DNA from: Folioceros fuciformis
Taxonomy: Eukaryota
Assembly (NCBI GenBank): GCA_049999805.1
Contig: JBNGIO010005980.1
Location: forward strand, 1 to 64,000
Reading direction: 5' to 3'
Length of the DNA: 64,000 nucleotides
Position numbers and translations under genes: made by a program. The notes under the pieces were generated by a model, which was not told where the DNA came from, ran no database searches, and saw only the letters and a program-made list of their open reading frames with translations. Below, piece by piece: positions 23,400 to 35,500 of this stretch (position 1 is its first letter; each line of letters starts with the position of its first letter).

Positions 23400-26040
23400 G
23401 ACAGCGACGAACCACTTGTATTCATGAAGATAGTCAGCAATCGTAGCAGTGTCCCATCAGAAGTTGTAAGCAAATAGAGACGATAAAAATGTACAATTAG
23501 TTACGAACGCATTCGCCTGAAACATGTTTCTGCTGAAGGTCAAATCGCGTGCGTATCTTGGACACTTCAATCTGCAAAATGAAAGGATACAATCATGCGT
23601 TCTGACTGCAGAAGTCATCCACACTCCCAGGTCTTTGGACACATCTGCCAAGCATTGCTTCCTCTGACAGTCATCATAAATTTCAACACAAGGTAAACCG
23701 CAGGACCACAATGAATAGGTGCTGGCCGTCGGTCGCCGCTATCATCAGTAATCGATTCTCACACCCTGGACAATGCTCAGTAAAACTTTTCAATTCGTGG
23801 ACATATTCATGCACCATTCCTGACCACAAATTCAGCACATGGACAAATAACCTTCTGTAACCTGTACAACAAGTCAACTCCCATTAATACAAGTACCTGG
23901 AATCGAGGCAGCAAATAATCGTGCTTTCTCCAGCAGCTCCACCACTTCATGACTCAAAGCAGCGCAACCACAAGTTCTCTCACAACTTCAGCTCCTCTCA
24001 ACGTGCCAAGCTTCCGCAAATGACAATCACACGTAGTGCGGTACGTACCCAACACTGCAGTTGCTGGCTGTCACGTGCTTTTTGAAACGGCCCATCGTCA
24101 ATTGATGACAGTCCAGCTGCAAGGTTCCAGATTTCAGCTCTCCACAACAGTTACTGACCTGAAGTTAGTTGTATGGATGTAACAAGACTGAAAGAGGCGT
24201 GAAGTTCCATCTGCCAGCAAATCTAACGAGTACGATCAGCCCTCACTTCGGTGAAAACATGTACATCCGTAGACACGCACACGATCGCATTCAGCAGGTT
24301 CGATGTCAATGTTGGTTCCCTGAGTGACCTGAGTCCTACGAATCCAGTCTCCTGCCTGTTACAACTTTTCACCTTCGTACAACACATGTAATGTTCCTAC
24401 GCACAGTATGCACTACACTAGAATTTCCAACTGCTACATTGCAGGCAGAAGCATTTCTATGACCCCCTACAGTCTTCCACTCAAAGATACTTCAAAGCTA
24501 GCCTACTTGTGACAACATTCTCTTAGTGAGAAGATTCTCTTACAGAGGACAGCCCTCCAGCTGACCAATTTCCCCAACTCAAATAGCGATTCTTCTGTAT
24601 AGTTTTTTACATACCTTGCAAGATGTAGAAGCTAGCCAGCTCCACAACCATACTTCTTCAATGCAGAGAACTGAGAATCCCAGAGCCAGCTTTTTGTGGT
24701 CAGTTCAGTGTGCCCGGCCTCTGCATCATGAAACTGTACGTGACTTGAATTCTACATAGGAAAGCGAGTTGATGTGGAAAAACTGCCAAAGCAGCTCCAA
24801 TATGCCAGCTCGTAGCGATCACGAGTTGGTTGTGCTGCCCATGCTGCAGCTTAGCAACTGAGCCCTGGCCCCTGCACCTCTGTTCATATGGTTTTCAGGT
24901 CCAAGATAATGATCCAAGCAAAACAAAGCAAAGCAAAGAACTCGTTTCGATGATTCAAAAACGAGCATGACCACATACATACCTCTCGACTGTAAAGGAG
25001 CCTCTAGATATCTGAGCGCTGGCTGTGCCGGTGGCTAAACTCTGGCCATGGTTATTGGAAACCGGCTAAACGTCCACTGCCGCGCCTGGGCAGCTGTCGT
25101 CCTTTCCCAGGATCTCGCAACCACATACGCATGTTCTTCAATCTTGAATCTACGCCATGAAGCCAGGGTGAGCTTCAAGTCTCTTCCAGACTCGATCAAC
25201 TCGACGAGTTTACAGCTCTCAGTCCTCAGCTACGATTGTCATTGAGAATGAAAGGAACATGCCTTGCGCTGCCCCTAGGGAGGTACCCATGCAGAGCTGT
25301 GAGCCGACAGCGTGTTCGCAAGTTGCAATAGGTGTTCCTCCGATGTCAGTGCAGCAATTTAGACTGCAGCTCTGTTCGAGCGCGCGCCACCACCCGAAAT
25401 TTATCCTCAGCTAGTACCATCGCCAACTTGGCAGCTCCCGACCTGCACTTGAGAGCAACGTATCACTCGTAACCGTCCGAACATGGTCGTGGCTACAGGG
25501 CAGCATGACTCCAAGTTCTGCGTGCAGACGGCAGCGAGCGACAAGCTGATAAGAAAATCGACTGTTGTGGTGATCACTCCCATCATTGCTGGCCAGCAGC
25601 GGAACCTCGTCTGTCTGTACTGTCCAGAGAGCGTTGCGTCACACTGCAATAACAAGCATACGGCGCGACTGCGCAGGCTTCCGGCAGCTGCAGTCACTCA
25701 CGAGTACTAGAAAAGCTCTCTTGTCCATCGTGTCAACACCAGGTGGTGTCAAGAAGCTCAACACCGCAAATGGTGTGGTTTCCTCTCCAGCTGGCGCCGA
25801 GCATAGATCGGACCTCTTCCAGTCGGACCCCTCACTTCCTAGGAACTGATGGACGGGCATTGCGATGGGAGTTCTAGCAACAACCAGCAACATGGTCTCC
25901 ACAAGAGAAGTTGATCGCCATACAGTTCGCCTAGGAGCATTGGTATTCTGTGAACATATCCATTTGCGATAGACAAAGACGCACGAGCTTCCTAAGTTGG
26001 GCTTCCCAATCCGCACGATGTTAGGATGGATATCCACTCG
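23400..26040 (-). pseudogene. Decayed NLR-like gene (C-terminal part of NB-ARC plus LRRs)
   Basis: LVETMLLVVARTPIAM..W..FAVLSF..VDTMDKRAFL resembles the GLPL to RNBS-D region; W..MMG..VDFLISLSL resembles the winged helix. Downstream LRR-like peptides are EESLFELGKLVSWRAVLCKRI, LALKYL*VEDCR, GFVGLRSLREPTL, LQVSNCCGELK and FQVLVLMG. There are many stops and frameshifts. Confidence 0.5.
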
Positions 26041-26417
26041 CGTGATCGCAGCTCTCGAGTTCGAGGACTAGAGCAACTCCGACTTTGTGGCTTAGGGACG
26101 TTAGGCACCCCCTGACCAGGCACCCTAATGGATGCATTTAACTTGACAGCCCAAACTTCAAGGCCAGTTCGATTCCAAATCCCTAGAGTTCGGGACTGGA
26201 CTGAGGAGAGCTTACGTCACGACGGCCTCCACCAGGTGCGGCCGCGAGCTGCCCTTCCGTCGTGTGTACTGTCCTATTTCACCAATTTATTAAAGGATTG
26301 ACACTCAGGGCTTCCTGAAGTACAGTACAACCTTGCATCTACGATCTCGGTGCTTGCGCGGATCAACCTTACGAGTGTGCGGTAAACTCATCTCCACCGT
26401 ACATTGGAAAATGCACT

Positions 26418-26577
26418 ATTGCATAGCATCCTCTGGTTATCTGCATTTGTTTGCGTAGTATCCTCTGGTTATCTGCAACTGTTTTGTGTTTTGCATAGCA
26501 TCCTCTGGTTATCTGCAATTGGTTGTATAGCATCCTCAGGTTATCAGCGATTGTTTGCATAGCATCCTGTGGTTATC
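26418..26577. repeat. Imperfect tandem repeat, ~5 copies of (GC)ATAGCATCCTCTGGTTATCTGCA
   Basis: Direct recurrence with a period of ~32-39 bp. Confidence 0.85.
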
Positions 26578-28779
26578 CACGTGCACGTGGATTTGCAAGG
26601 GATAATAGGCAAACATAGCTCCAAAGACTAAGAAGATAGGGATAGGAAAATGATGAGACACTCTTTGTCCACTTGAGCATGCCATAGCCATGCTTGTAGG
26701 ATTCCTTGCTCAAACACCAACATGTACAAGATTTATGTTTTTCTCTCTTATTGCGAGAACACATAGACATGTTGCTAAAACCTACAAGAGTTCGCCTTCA
26801 CTTTGTGTTTTGGAAATGGCGTGAGAACATAGCCTCCACATCCCTTCTCATATACAAATGTCACTTATGAAGAAATTACTCTATATCTACTTGTATGATG
26901 ATNNNNNNNNNNAAATGTCACTTATGAAGAAATTACTCTATATCTACTTGTATGATGATCTCAAACTGAGGAACCTTCCATTTCTTATTTTTGAAATTGT
27001 TGCTTTTGTTGGCTATCGTGAGAGAGTTCCATCCCTAAGATATGAAGCATTGGTTTTTCATTGTGAATCATGTTTCTAGTCCACAATGTGAGAAATGGCA
27101 CATACTTCTTGTGGAGCGATTCTTTCAACCCAAGAATCACCAAAAGGTCCACATTAGCCCTTATTGTCGTTGCAGTCTTGAGATCCGTTCCCAAGGGAAT
27201 GATCTTGTGTCAAGGCAGTGTACTATTCTCCCCTAACGTACTAGCCTAATCCTACCTATCAGCACCTACCTAACCCTAATAGTGGCTAAAGTAGTTAGGT
27301 TAGACTCCATAGCTTTATTTCTAGCACAAACTACCTCAACAGCTGAAAGGGAACATCAACATCAACTCCACCCTCCAACCTCATCTCTTATCTCCGCTTT
27401 AGCACCAATCTTTAGTCTCAACTCCACTCCCTAGCCTCAACTCTAGCTCCAACACTTAGCTCCAACTCCCCACTTCAGCACCCTGAAATGTGCACACAAC
27501 TCTTCAACCCTGGAATTTGCAACATAGCAACCTTCTCTACTTGCAGCCTTTAAGGCAGAGATGTGAAGTCTTGGGTTGGATAGCCTCCTTGGCTCATGGC
27601 CCTGCAACTCTTACCTTGGAAACCCACTTAGGGACGTCAAGGCACCTCAGCTAGCATGCAAAAAAGATCAGCCACTGCGGATCTAGCCACACAAATCTCG
27701 GTAGCCTAGGGATCCACCACATCCCCCTAGTGACAAGGGGATTAAGCCCAAAGTGCACTCTCACACCATATCAGCATCCTAATCTGGCAGCCTGCACACA
27801 AGGGACAAGGGGAATCACACCAAAAGACTACCCTCTCCTCAATGACAGGCCTAGCCTCTTATACTATCTTGGACAAGAACCTCAATCATTATCTAACAGA
27901 GTTAGCATCAGTCACACACCCGGCAATCCTTCTCCCCGACCTAAACCTAACCCTAACTCCAACCTATGAGGGGTTACCAGCTGCCCTTTGACACTCATTA
28001 CTCGTTACCCCCTACCAAAACCATCAGTGCATCTCCACAACTTCCCACACCTCCCTCAAATCATCCTGTACCTTCCTCAAGGCCTCCACCTTCTTCAAGT
28101 ACTCCCACCTCCATCTTGCTGGCCAGCCAGGGAGAACCTCATCCTACTGGTTATGGAGCTCCTTTGGTCCTCTAGAGTTGTCCCGCCCTGGTTGGGGTAG
28201 CTGGTTCATGGCAGTAGAACCACCCTACCACATCTTTAGCAATCCCCACGCCACGTTCACCAAAGTAATGCTCATGTTGTTGCGAATCACATGCAACTTC
28301 TCCCAAAGCGGCGTCAATGCAGCAACCTCCAAAGGGCTAGAATTCCCCAGATGGACCTTATTGTCCACCGACTTACTCCGCGAGTTCCTCTGCCTATCGT
28401 AATGCTAAGCTGCACCCGTCCTGGCAGTCCAGCGCATACAGCTATTCGCTGAGCGCCATGCTCGGATTCCTCCACCCCGACATCATCCCATCAATAAAAG
28501 ACGACTCATGGTTAGTGGCCAGCACACATTTAGTTGTAGGGGTAGCAATGTATGGCTCATGAATGCATTCGGAGCTACGAAGGTTGACTGTTTCAAGCCC
28601 CATAGAAGCATTGTTCCTTCGCATGAATCTTCCCCCAACTGCCTCCTACATTAGGTCCCTAAGCTCCAAAATTGCCAGCCTCCTTCAAGGCTGCCCTTGT
28701 GCTCAGTTTCAAAAGCTTTGCGCCGACAGAGGATAGCCCCCTGCTTCGCTCAGACCCATTGAGAAACAACCGCCTACTA

Positions 28780-30620
28780 GCCGCTTGGATCCAGACCCTA
28801 CCTACCAGCCAATCCGACCAACCGGCTTGGCTAGCCAGATCCGGTGCCTGGCCCTTGCCAATCCGGCCAGCCTCAGGGACTTGCTCTCAGCACCCCAGCT
28901 AGGCCCCGGCCAGCCAGCCAGCATCCAGCTGCCTGTCTAGCTAGCTGCCCTCCAAGGTCCGCCCATAGCCAGACCCGCCAGCCAGAGCCCAGGTGACTCC
29001 GACCTCCTGGCTACCAGCCATGCCCCCGACTAGTTTGTAGCCGTGATCCAGCCAGTGCTTGGATCTGCCAGCCAGCCAGCATCCAGCTGCCGTCAACTGC
29101 TTCCTACACCGGATCCACCATTAGCCCGCCTAGCTGCCTCCAGCTATAGCCAAACTGGTCCCCTGGCTGGCTAAATCCAACCCGCTAGGCCTGCCCATGC
29201 CTGGCTGCCTTTCCCGGCCACCTGCTTGTCCAGGCTCGACTGGGCAAGCAGCCAGGCCGCCCGCCTAGTGCTTGCCTAGAGTGCCCTGCCTTCAATCCTG
29301 GAAGCCGCTTGCCTGGTCTACCCAGCTGCCTGCCAGACAGCCTACCTGATCCGGCCAGGCCGCCTGGAGCCTGCTAGCCAGCCACCAGTTAGCTGATCCG
29401 GCCATACAGCCCGCCTGCTAGCTGACCTCTTGTCAGCCGAGATCCACCAACCTGCCTAGCCTGGCTGCCTCAAATTCGCCTGTCAGCCAGCCAAACCAGC
29501 CTGGCTGCATGGTTACCTGCCCGCCAGCAAACCTGCCCAGCCAGCAGCCTGGGTGCATGGTTACCTGCCCGCCAGCAAACCTGCCCAGCCAGCAGCCTGG
29601 CTGCATGGTTACCTGCCTGCCAGCAAACCTGCCCAGCCAGCAGCCTGGTTGCATGGTTACCTGCCTGCCAGCAAACCTGCCCAGCCAGCAGCCTACCTAG
29701 CGATCCGGCTAGGCCTCTGCTTGGATCCGCCAGCAGCCCCCCGCCAGCCAGGATCCCCCCCGGCCAGCCTGTAGCTGCCAAGTGGTTGCCTAGTCGGATC
29801 TGCCAGCCAGCCAGGCCGCACGCTAGCTTGCTCCCATTGCTGCTGTTGGGCTACCTGCCTGCAGCCGAACCAGGTTGGGCTAGCCACTGCCGTTGCTGGG
29901 CCAGGCTGGGCTGCCTACCTGCAACCGGACTGGCCTGGCTGCCTGCTGCCACTGCTGGGCTGCCTGCCTGCTGCCACTGTTGGGCTGCCTGCCTGCTGCC
30001 GCTGTTGGGCTGCCTACCTACAGCCGGACCGGCCTAGCTGCTTGCTGCAGCTGCTGGGCTGCCTGGCTGCTGCCAGATCGTCCTAGCTGCCTACCTGCAG
30101 CCGGATCGGCCTGGCTGCCTACCTGCAGCCGGACCGGCCTGCCTGCTTGCTGCCGCTGCTGGGCTGCCTGCCTCCCTTTGCACCTGCGGCCAGCCGGCGT
30201 TGGATCCAGCCGAGACCCCAACCCGAATCCGGCCCCGGCCTGCTATGCCTACGGATCCAGCCAGCCTGCCACCCTTGCTGAGTTCTAGCCAGCCAACCTG
30301 CCGCGCCTCGGTCTGCCACTATAGCCAGCTGCCTGTCTGGCTAGCTGGATTCGGGGTCGACTTGCCTGCTGATCGGGTCTGCCTGATCAGGCAGCCTAGA
30401 TCCTACCGCCTGACGCACGGCCTGGATCCTAGTTGGACCAGCCACAGCCTGCCTTCCAGAATCCACCTCTACCAATCTGGTCCGACCACTTGCAAGCCTG
30501 GTTCGCTTGGCCCTGATCTGGGCTGTCTACCATCCTATCGGGCCAACCCACCTCTTGCCCAGATCTTGCTTCATCACCTTGCCAACCCGCCTGAACCCTG
30601 CCCACTCTAGCTTGCCATTG
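28780..30620. repeat. GC-rich CCAG/CTG-based low-complexity tract containing a 48-bp tandem repeat x4 (29500-29691)
   Basis: Unit CCTGGCTGCATGGTTACCTGCCCGCCAGCAAACCTGCCCAGCCAGCAG x4; 29880-30180 holds CTGGGCTGCCTGCCTGCTGCCA-type repeats. Confidence 0.9.
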
Positions 30621-30929
30621 TTGTACACTACTTGCCCGCTCCAGGGAACTCCACTCGCCTCCTACTCACAGATCTAGGGTTCCACGCACATTTGGACACC
30701 CTAACCAAAGGAATCAAGACCCGTTACCTTTCGACCACAATCCCTACCTAGACCATAACCCTCCCACCTAGCCTAGTTTCCTAACTACTTTCCCAAGGAA
30801 TTCAATCAAAACTCAAAAAAAAAAAAACACTACCATTTTTCTAAGGGATCTATCTACCATGTGGACTCCACACTTCTCTAAGCCAATGATTGGCTCTCCT
30901 TTCTCTTGCCAAGAGAGCTTGAAATGTGG

Positions 30930-31475
30930 TGAAGCTTTGTAGGGGATTTGTACGTTTGACAGCCTTATGTTATTTGGCATTGCTAATGTTTGGGATTGTT
31001 CTGAGAAAGATGCTTTTCTCGGTATTTTCTATTGTTTGGGAGACATCCACAATTGCCTAATGTGCAGCAAGCTGCTATGGAAAGACCAATATCATGGCAA
31101 GATGTGGATGGTTGCATGAGAGAGCTGCAAAGACGGACAATGTTGTTTTAGCATATAATGCCAATGGCAATGGAAAATTTGGCCATTGCACAACATAGGG
31201 ACAGACTGCGCTATGTTCATACAAAAGGAGGAATTTGGAAGCCCAAAGTGTGTCGATTCAAACCTGGTGATTATGTATACTTAGCTCAGCAACCTTCAGA
31301 TACACTTGATAGTAGTGTTGGGCGCACAATTCTGTGGGTGGTTGTTGTCAAGGACACTCAGGTGGTGGAGCTAAAGGGATCTTATGGATGAAGGTGGCAA
31401 GATCATTTGAAGAACCTAGCTCCTTGTCATTTGCCAGGGATCTAGAGCTACTACCTAGCACTTGGATACCACCCA
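30930..31475 (+). mobile_element. Ty3/gypsy integrase C-terminal fragment (pseudogene)
   Basis: FGRHPQLP...AMENLAIAQHRDRLRY..WKPKVCRFKPGDYVYL..TLD..ILWVVVV..W.DHLKNLAPCHLP matches the post-core region of gypsy integrases. It contains stops. Confidence 0.75.
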
Positions 31476-31479
31476 AGGA

Positions 31480-31621
31480 CTTGAATGCACACATGGATTA
31501 AGTATATCTAACATCACTCGAAAATGTATTTATTCAAGCTTGGATGCACACATGGATTAAGTATATCTAACATCACTCAAAAATGTATTTATTCAAGCTT
31601 GAATGCACACATGGATTAAGT
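31480..31621. repeat. 59-bp tandem repeat, ~2.4 copies
   Basis: Unit CTTGAATGCACACATGGATTAAGTATATCTAACATCACTCGAAAATGTATTTATTCAAG. Confidence 0.9.
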
Positions 31622-32379
31622 AATTTATGGCTATTTCTCGTAACATTAGTTAAATCTTCACGAGTGTGACATCAATTGCACAACAATTCTTTATACCCTA
31701 GTGTCTTTTTAACTCAACCTTAGTGGCTACTAGAAGTCTCTTGTGACCACGATATGAGATTTATGTCATTCCTATTTATGGCACAAAGGAAGCGCAACAC
31801 AATTCTTGATGTTGTTGATTTAGCAAAGCCAAACAATTCTCTAGTTGACTCGTGCCTATAGCTAGAAGTGACAACCATTAACTGAATCCATCTCAACAAC
31901 TTGATTAGAGGCCACTTGAATGTCAGCCACTAATTATCTATTTGGAATCTACCTCTATCCGAGAATCAGTGGTATGTTTGGAGGCTATTTGAATATCAAC
32001 CACTAATTATCTGTTTGGAATTTTTGGAGACCACTTGAATAACCACTAACTATACATTTGGAATCTATCTACCGGGAGAACATGTAAGTTTGGAAGCCAC
32101 AAGAATATCAATCACTATCTATTGGTAAGCTATCTCTTTGAAATTTATCTTGATGATAGTAGATGTCTTTAATCACCAAGCTGCAAATGTACTGAAAGTT
32201 ATGGGGCTGTCTCGTAGCAAAAATATGTGGGATCAATCACGATCTTCATGCCCTTTAGTCTCCTTAAAAAGGTCCTCATGCCACGTGTTAGAAGTATCCC
32301 TTCCTACGTTTGTTGTGTGACATTATAAAAATGATTTGTTGTGTGACATCATTGAAATTGTTACACCAGCCAAGGGAAA

Positions 32380-33500
32380 CACCTTAGTTGAAACCTTGGA
32401 AGGAGTGCCTTGACCTGATTGCTCATGAAGCATTTATTTGAAATTCAAGGCAGCAGGCAAGATTGCTAGCTTATCCATGCTGCCGGCAAGAAGTTGTCAC
32501 AAACATGAGGGTTTTATTGATGACTTGCGTTTTGTTATAATGGGCGTGCTCTCAATCACATTCTCGGGTGTCACAGAAAATTTGCTGAAGTCAAGTGCCT
32601 ATGGAAAGCTAAAACACGCATCAAGCTTTCCAAGTTGTGAGTTGCGCCGGTATGTGATTGGGCTCCATGGAAAGCAGCCCTTCTATCCGGTGGAAAGAGC
32701 TGGTGCTATACAAGCCTTAACAACGTGCACATTGTGGATTCCCCTATACCGGAACTGTCCCTGTCGCACTGAGACATCATTTTTTCTCACTTCAGAGACT
32801 TGCCAAAACGAATGGATGTAAGAATTCCAGACCCATACCATCTAACAAAGTCGACACAGATATCCCCTGTGCCCACCTTACTAAGTTCTGTCCTTCGCCT
32901 GCACCGAACACGTCTCAAACTTAGTATACACCGCGCCTTGGGAACCAATGGCTCCAAAGTTTGGACTCTGATATACGTCACATTTCATGTTCGCCGTCTG
33001 CTCACCACGTGACTTAAGTTGAGCACATCGTTGCAGCTGGGCTACAAATGGTTAACAACTTCAGCGCTACCGCCCAGGTGTGACACCTGCATTAAGCACA
33101 AGCTGCTGAGCAAATCCTGCTGGTTTGAGAAGGAAGCCAGTGTGTGTACCTTTCTTCGCCGTGAAGGTTGCTGACTGTCGTTATGCAAGGCCCCGCCACC
33201 TAAACAGGGTTTCTTACTCGCTGCACACCTGCGTGACAATGATACTTAGGTGCCAAAAGCGACAGAGACCATCTATTCTGTTTCTGGGCCCAAAACCGTC
33301 AGTAAAAGCTCTACATGTGTGGAGACAGTAAGTGTAGAGCCTGTCGGGTGTGGCCAAATGGAGGGCAGCCGTCGACATCGGACAGTGCGGGCTGGTGCAC
33401 CGTGTAGTCCAGATACAGGGGCAGCTTCCAAAATCAGCTTGTGACTCGCAGTCTGATCTGGACGCGACCAACACAACATTTTGGAGAAGCAGTTCTGTGT
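32380..33500 (+). pseudogene. Decayed LRR-like tract
   Basis: GKIASLSMLPARSCHKHEGFIDDL, LAKTNGCKNSRPIP, WLQSLDSDIRHIS and VKVADCR resemble NLR-type LRRs; broken across frames. Confidence 0.4.
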
Positions 33501-33849
33501 AAATGGTACTTCGTCCTCGACGACTAGCCTTCACAAAAGATCCATCTGTGAGTAGATGAGTTTGAGTTGAAGTTTTCCCAGATCCCCCTCCAGATCCCCG
33601 CTACTTTCTTGACTAAGCTGAGAGCCAGAAGTGTCAGCCATATGCATGTAGATCCAAGTAGGCTGCAAGCAGTGGACTGGGTATCTCGAATAGCTGCTCG
33701 ATATGCATGTGTCGGGTTCTCCAATCACACGTCTTCCTGGGATCAATCCCTGAGGCCGATACTTCGTTTCAAAACTATTTAAAGCAATATACCCGTAGCT
33801 CCCTACTGCTGGTCTCAGTGGGTGTGTATACCCGGAGACAACACCTGTT

Positions 33850-35500
33850 CCTACAGCTGAGGACGCAGCCTGTCAAGATGGGGCTGGAGCTGTGTGGCAG
33901 AGCTACATTTTGCAAATGGTTGCCTAGTCCACCGGTATGTTGTGGTTGTTACAGTTGTCGTTGATGCCGTTGTGAAGATACGCCCGGATAACGTCAGCCT
34001 GAGTGGGAACAAGCCCATGAGGTCTGCAACAGGTTACTTGTGGAAGCCCGGAGCGAGAAGTCCTGTGGCAGCTGGTCTCAGAGTGCGCAGAGGCGAAGAA
34101 ATCTCCGCCAAGACGAACGAATCGCTACGCGCCGGAGCTGAGCCAGTGTGTAGATTCCCATTCTGCACAATGCATATGGTTGCCTCGCCCACCCTGATGT
34201 TGTTGCTGCTACAACTGTTGCAGATGATGTTGATGTAAAGAAAATGATCCACCCGCGGGACGTCCATCAGCCTGACCAGGACCAGGTCCATGAGTCACCT
34301 GTGAAGTGGGAAGTCCTCTCTGCATACATGCCCGTCGACATCGTGGGTGGTATAAAAATGCAGCAGGGGTTCAATTTAGTCCGGAGGCGAGCCTCCATCC
34401 CAAGCCACATGCTGTCAGGAAACGACGTCATGGACCTTCTGAAGCACAATGCTTGTGCCTGGTGGACGAGACGAAAGGGCTGAGGAAGCATATTCTAACA
34501 GCGCCTTCCTCATATCACGCCTCCGACGTTGATGACTCCGAACATTCCAAACATTTCAAATCGAGTTCGTCATACGCAGCTTCAAAATATGCAGAAGGCG
34601 GCGTCTCTCTTGAATACAAAACGACCCTAGTTTCAGCAAACGCATGCCCAAGCCTCAGTTTCCTGAGAAGCAATCACAAAACTAGCAACAAACTGAGTTC
34701 CTTTCCAGATTGTCTTGCCGGCTGAGGACGAGATCTGAATCAAACCATAGTTTGAAAACAAACCTTGAAGCTTGGCAACAGGTTGCCCAAACTTTACTGT
34801 CGCGTGCTCCTCTCAAAACTGGTGCTCCTGAATGGCAGCACCAGGTCAGCCACAACCTCCAGAATGTCACAACACTTTGAGTCCTGGCGCTTGGACAGCA
34901 ACATGAAGAAGGTCATCCCAACAACACGACTGGCTACAATGGCATTAATGACGCGCAACCACAGACTGAGTTTTCTACAAGTCGCGCAAGCTTGTGACTC
35001 TGCGGCTGCACTGGCAGTGCATACGCTCTGTACTGCTTAGCGTACATGCATACCCTAAATTCGAAATCAGTATTTGAAACAACGCAACACTAATCACGGG
35101 CAGAAGCTAGACCAAAACCTGCAGCAGCTGGCCTCAGCCTTCCTCCAATCTCCCGAGCCGCTTCAACCTGAGCTGCTTCAAGGCTATAACAGACCTGGGA
35201 GAAGGAGGGTCAACAGAGCACGGCGTCTGCACTGCGGAGGGCTGTGGCAGTTGCGACCAGCAAGCATTCAGGGGGGCCTTGCACCGTGTACGGCCCTGAA
35301 TGCGGTGGGCGCATTCACACGTACTTGCAGGGCCCGCCATTGTCCATCTCCGGACGGGCTTCTGTGGTGGCTGCAACGAACGCCATAGCCATGGACTACA
35401 TAGTACTGACCTTCTTTCACCCTAAAGATAGCTCTCCATGTATCTATGGTGCTCGTTGTCCCTCCGTGATGACATTATGACAACTGGCATGGGTAACTTT
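33850..35500 (+). pseudogene. Decayed NB-ARC-LRR (NLR-like) gene
   Basis: Degenerate motifs occur in the expected order and spacing: P-loop-like KMGLELCGRATFCKWL (~33880), kinase-2-like TVADDVD (~34220), RNBS-B-like GSPLCIHAR (~34310), RNBS-C-like LSGNDVMDLLKHNA (~34410), GLPL-like KYAEGGVSLEYK (~34590) and EAWQQV. LRR-like NLSCFKAITDL and LSISGRASV follow. Confidence 0.45.

Noticed and set aside
26856-26959. Exact 47-bp duplication on both sides of a 10-N gap (similar case at 46990-47045)
   Set aside because: Typical unmerged contig overlap; most likely an assembly artefact.
29433-30288. Cys/Pro/Ala-rich repetitive ORFs on both strands
   Set aside because: They are by-products of the 48-bp and CTG-rich repeats; several frames are open and there is no evidence of coding.
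12030-35500. Frequent Leu>Pro/Ser changes in the LRR remnants, resembling sites repaired by C-to-U RNA editing
   Set aside because: Any second-position transition in a Leu codon gives Pro or Ser, and Leu is the residue used to recognise LRRs. Frameshifts and stops are also abundant, so neutral decay explains the pattern.
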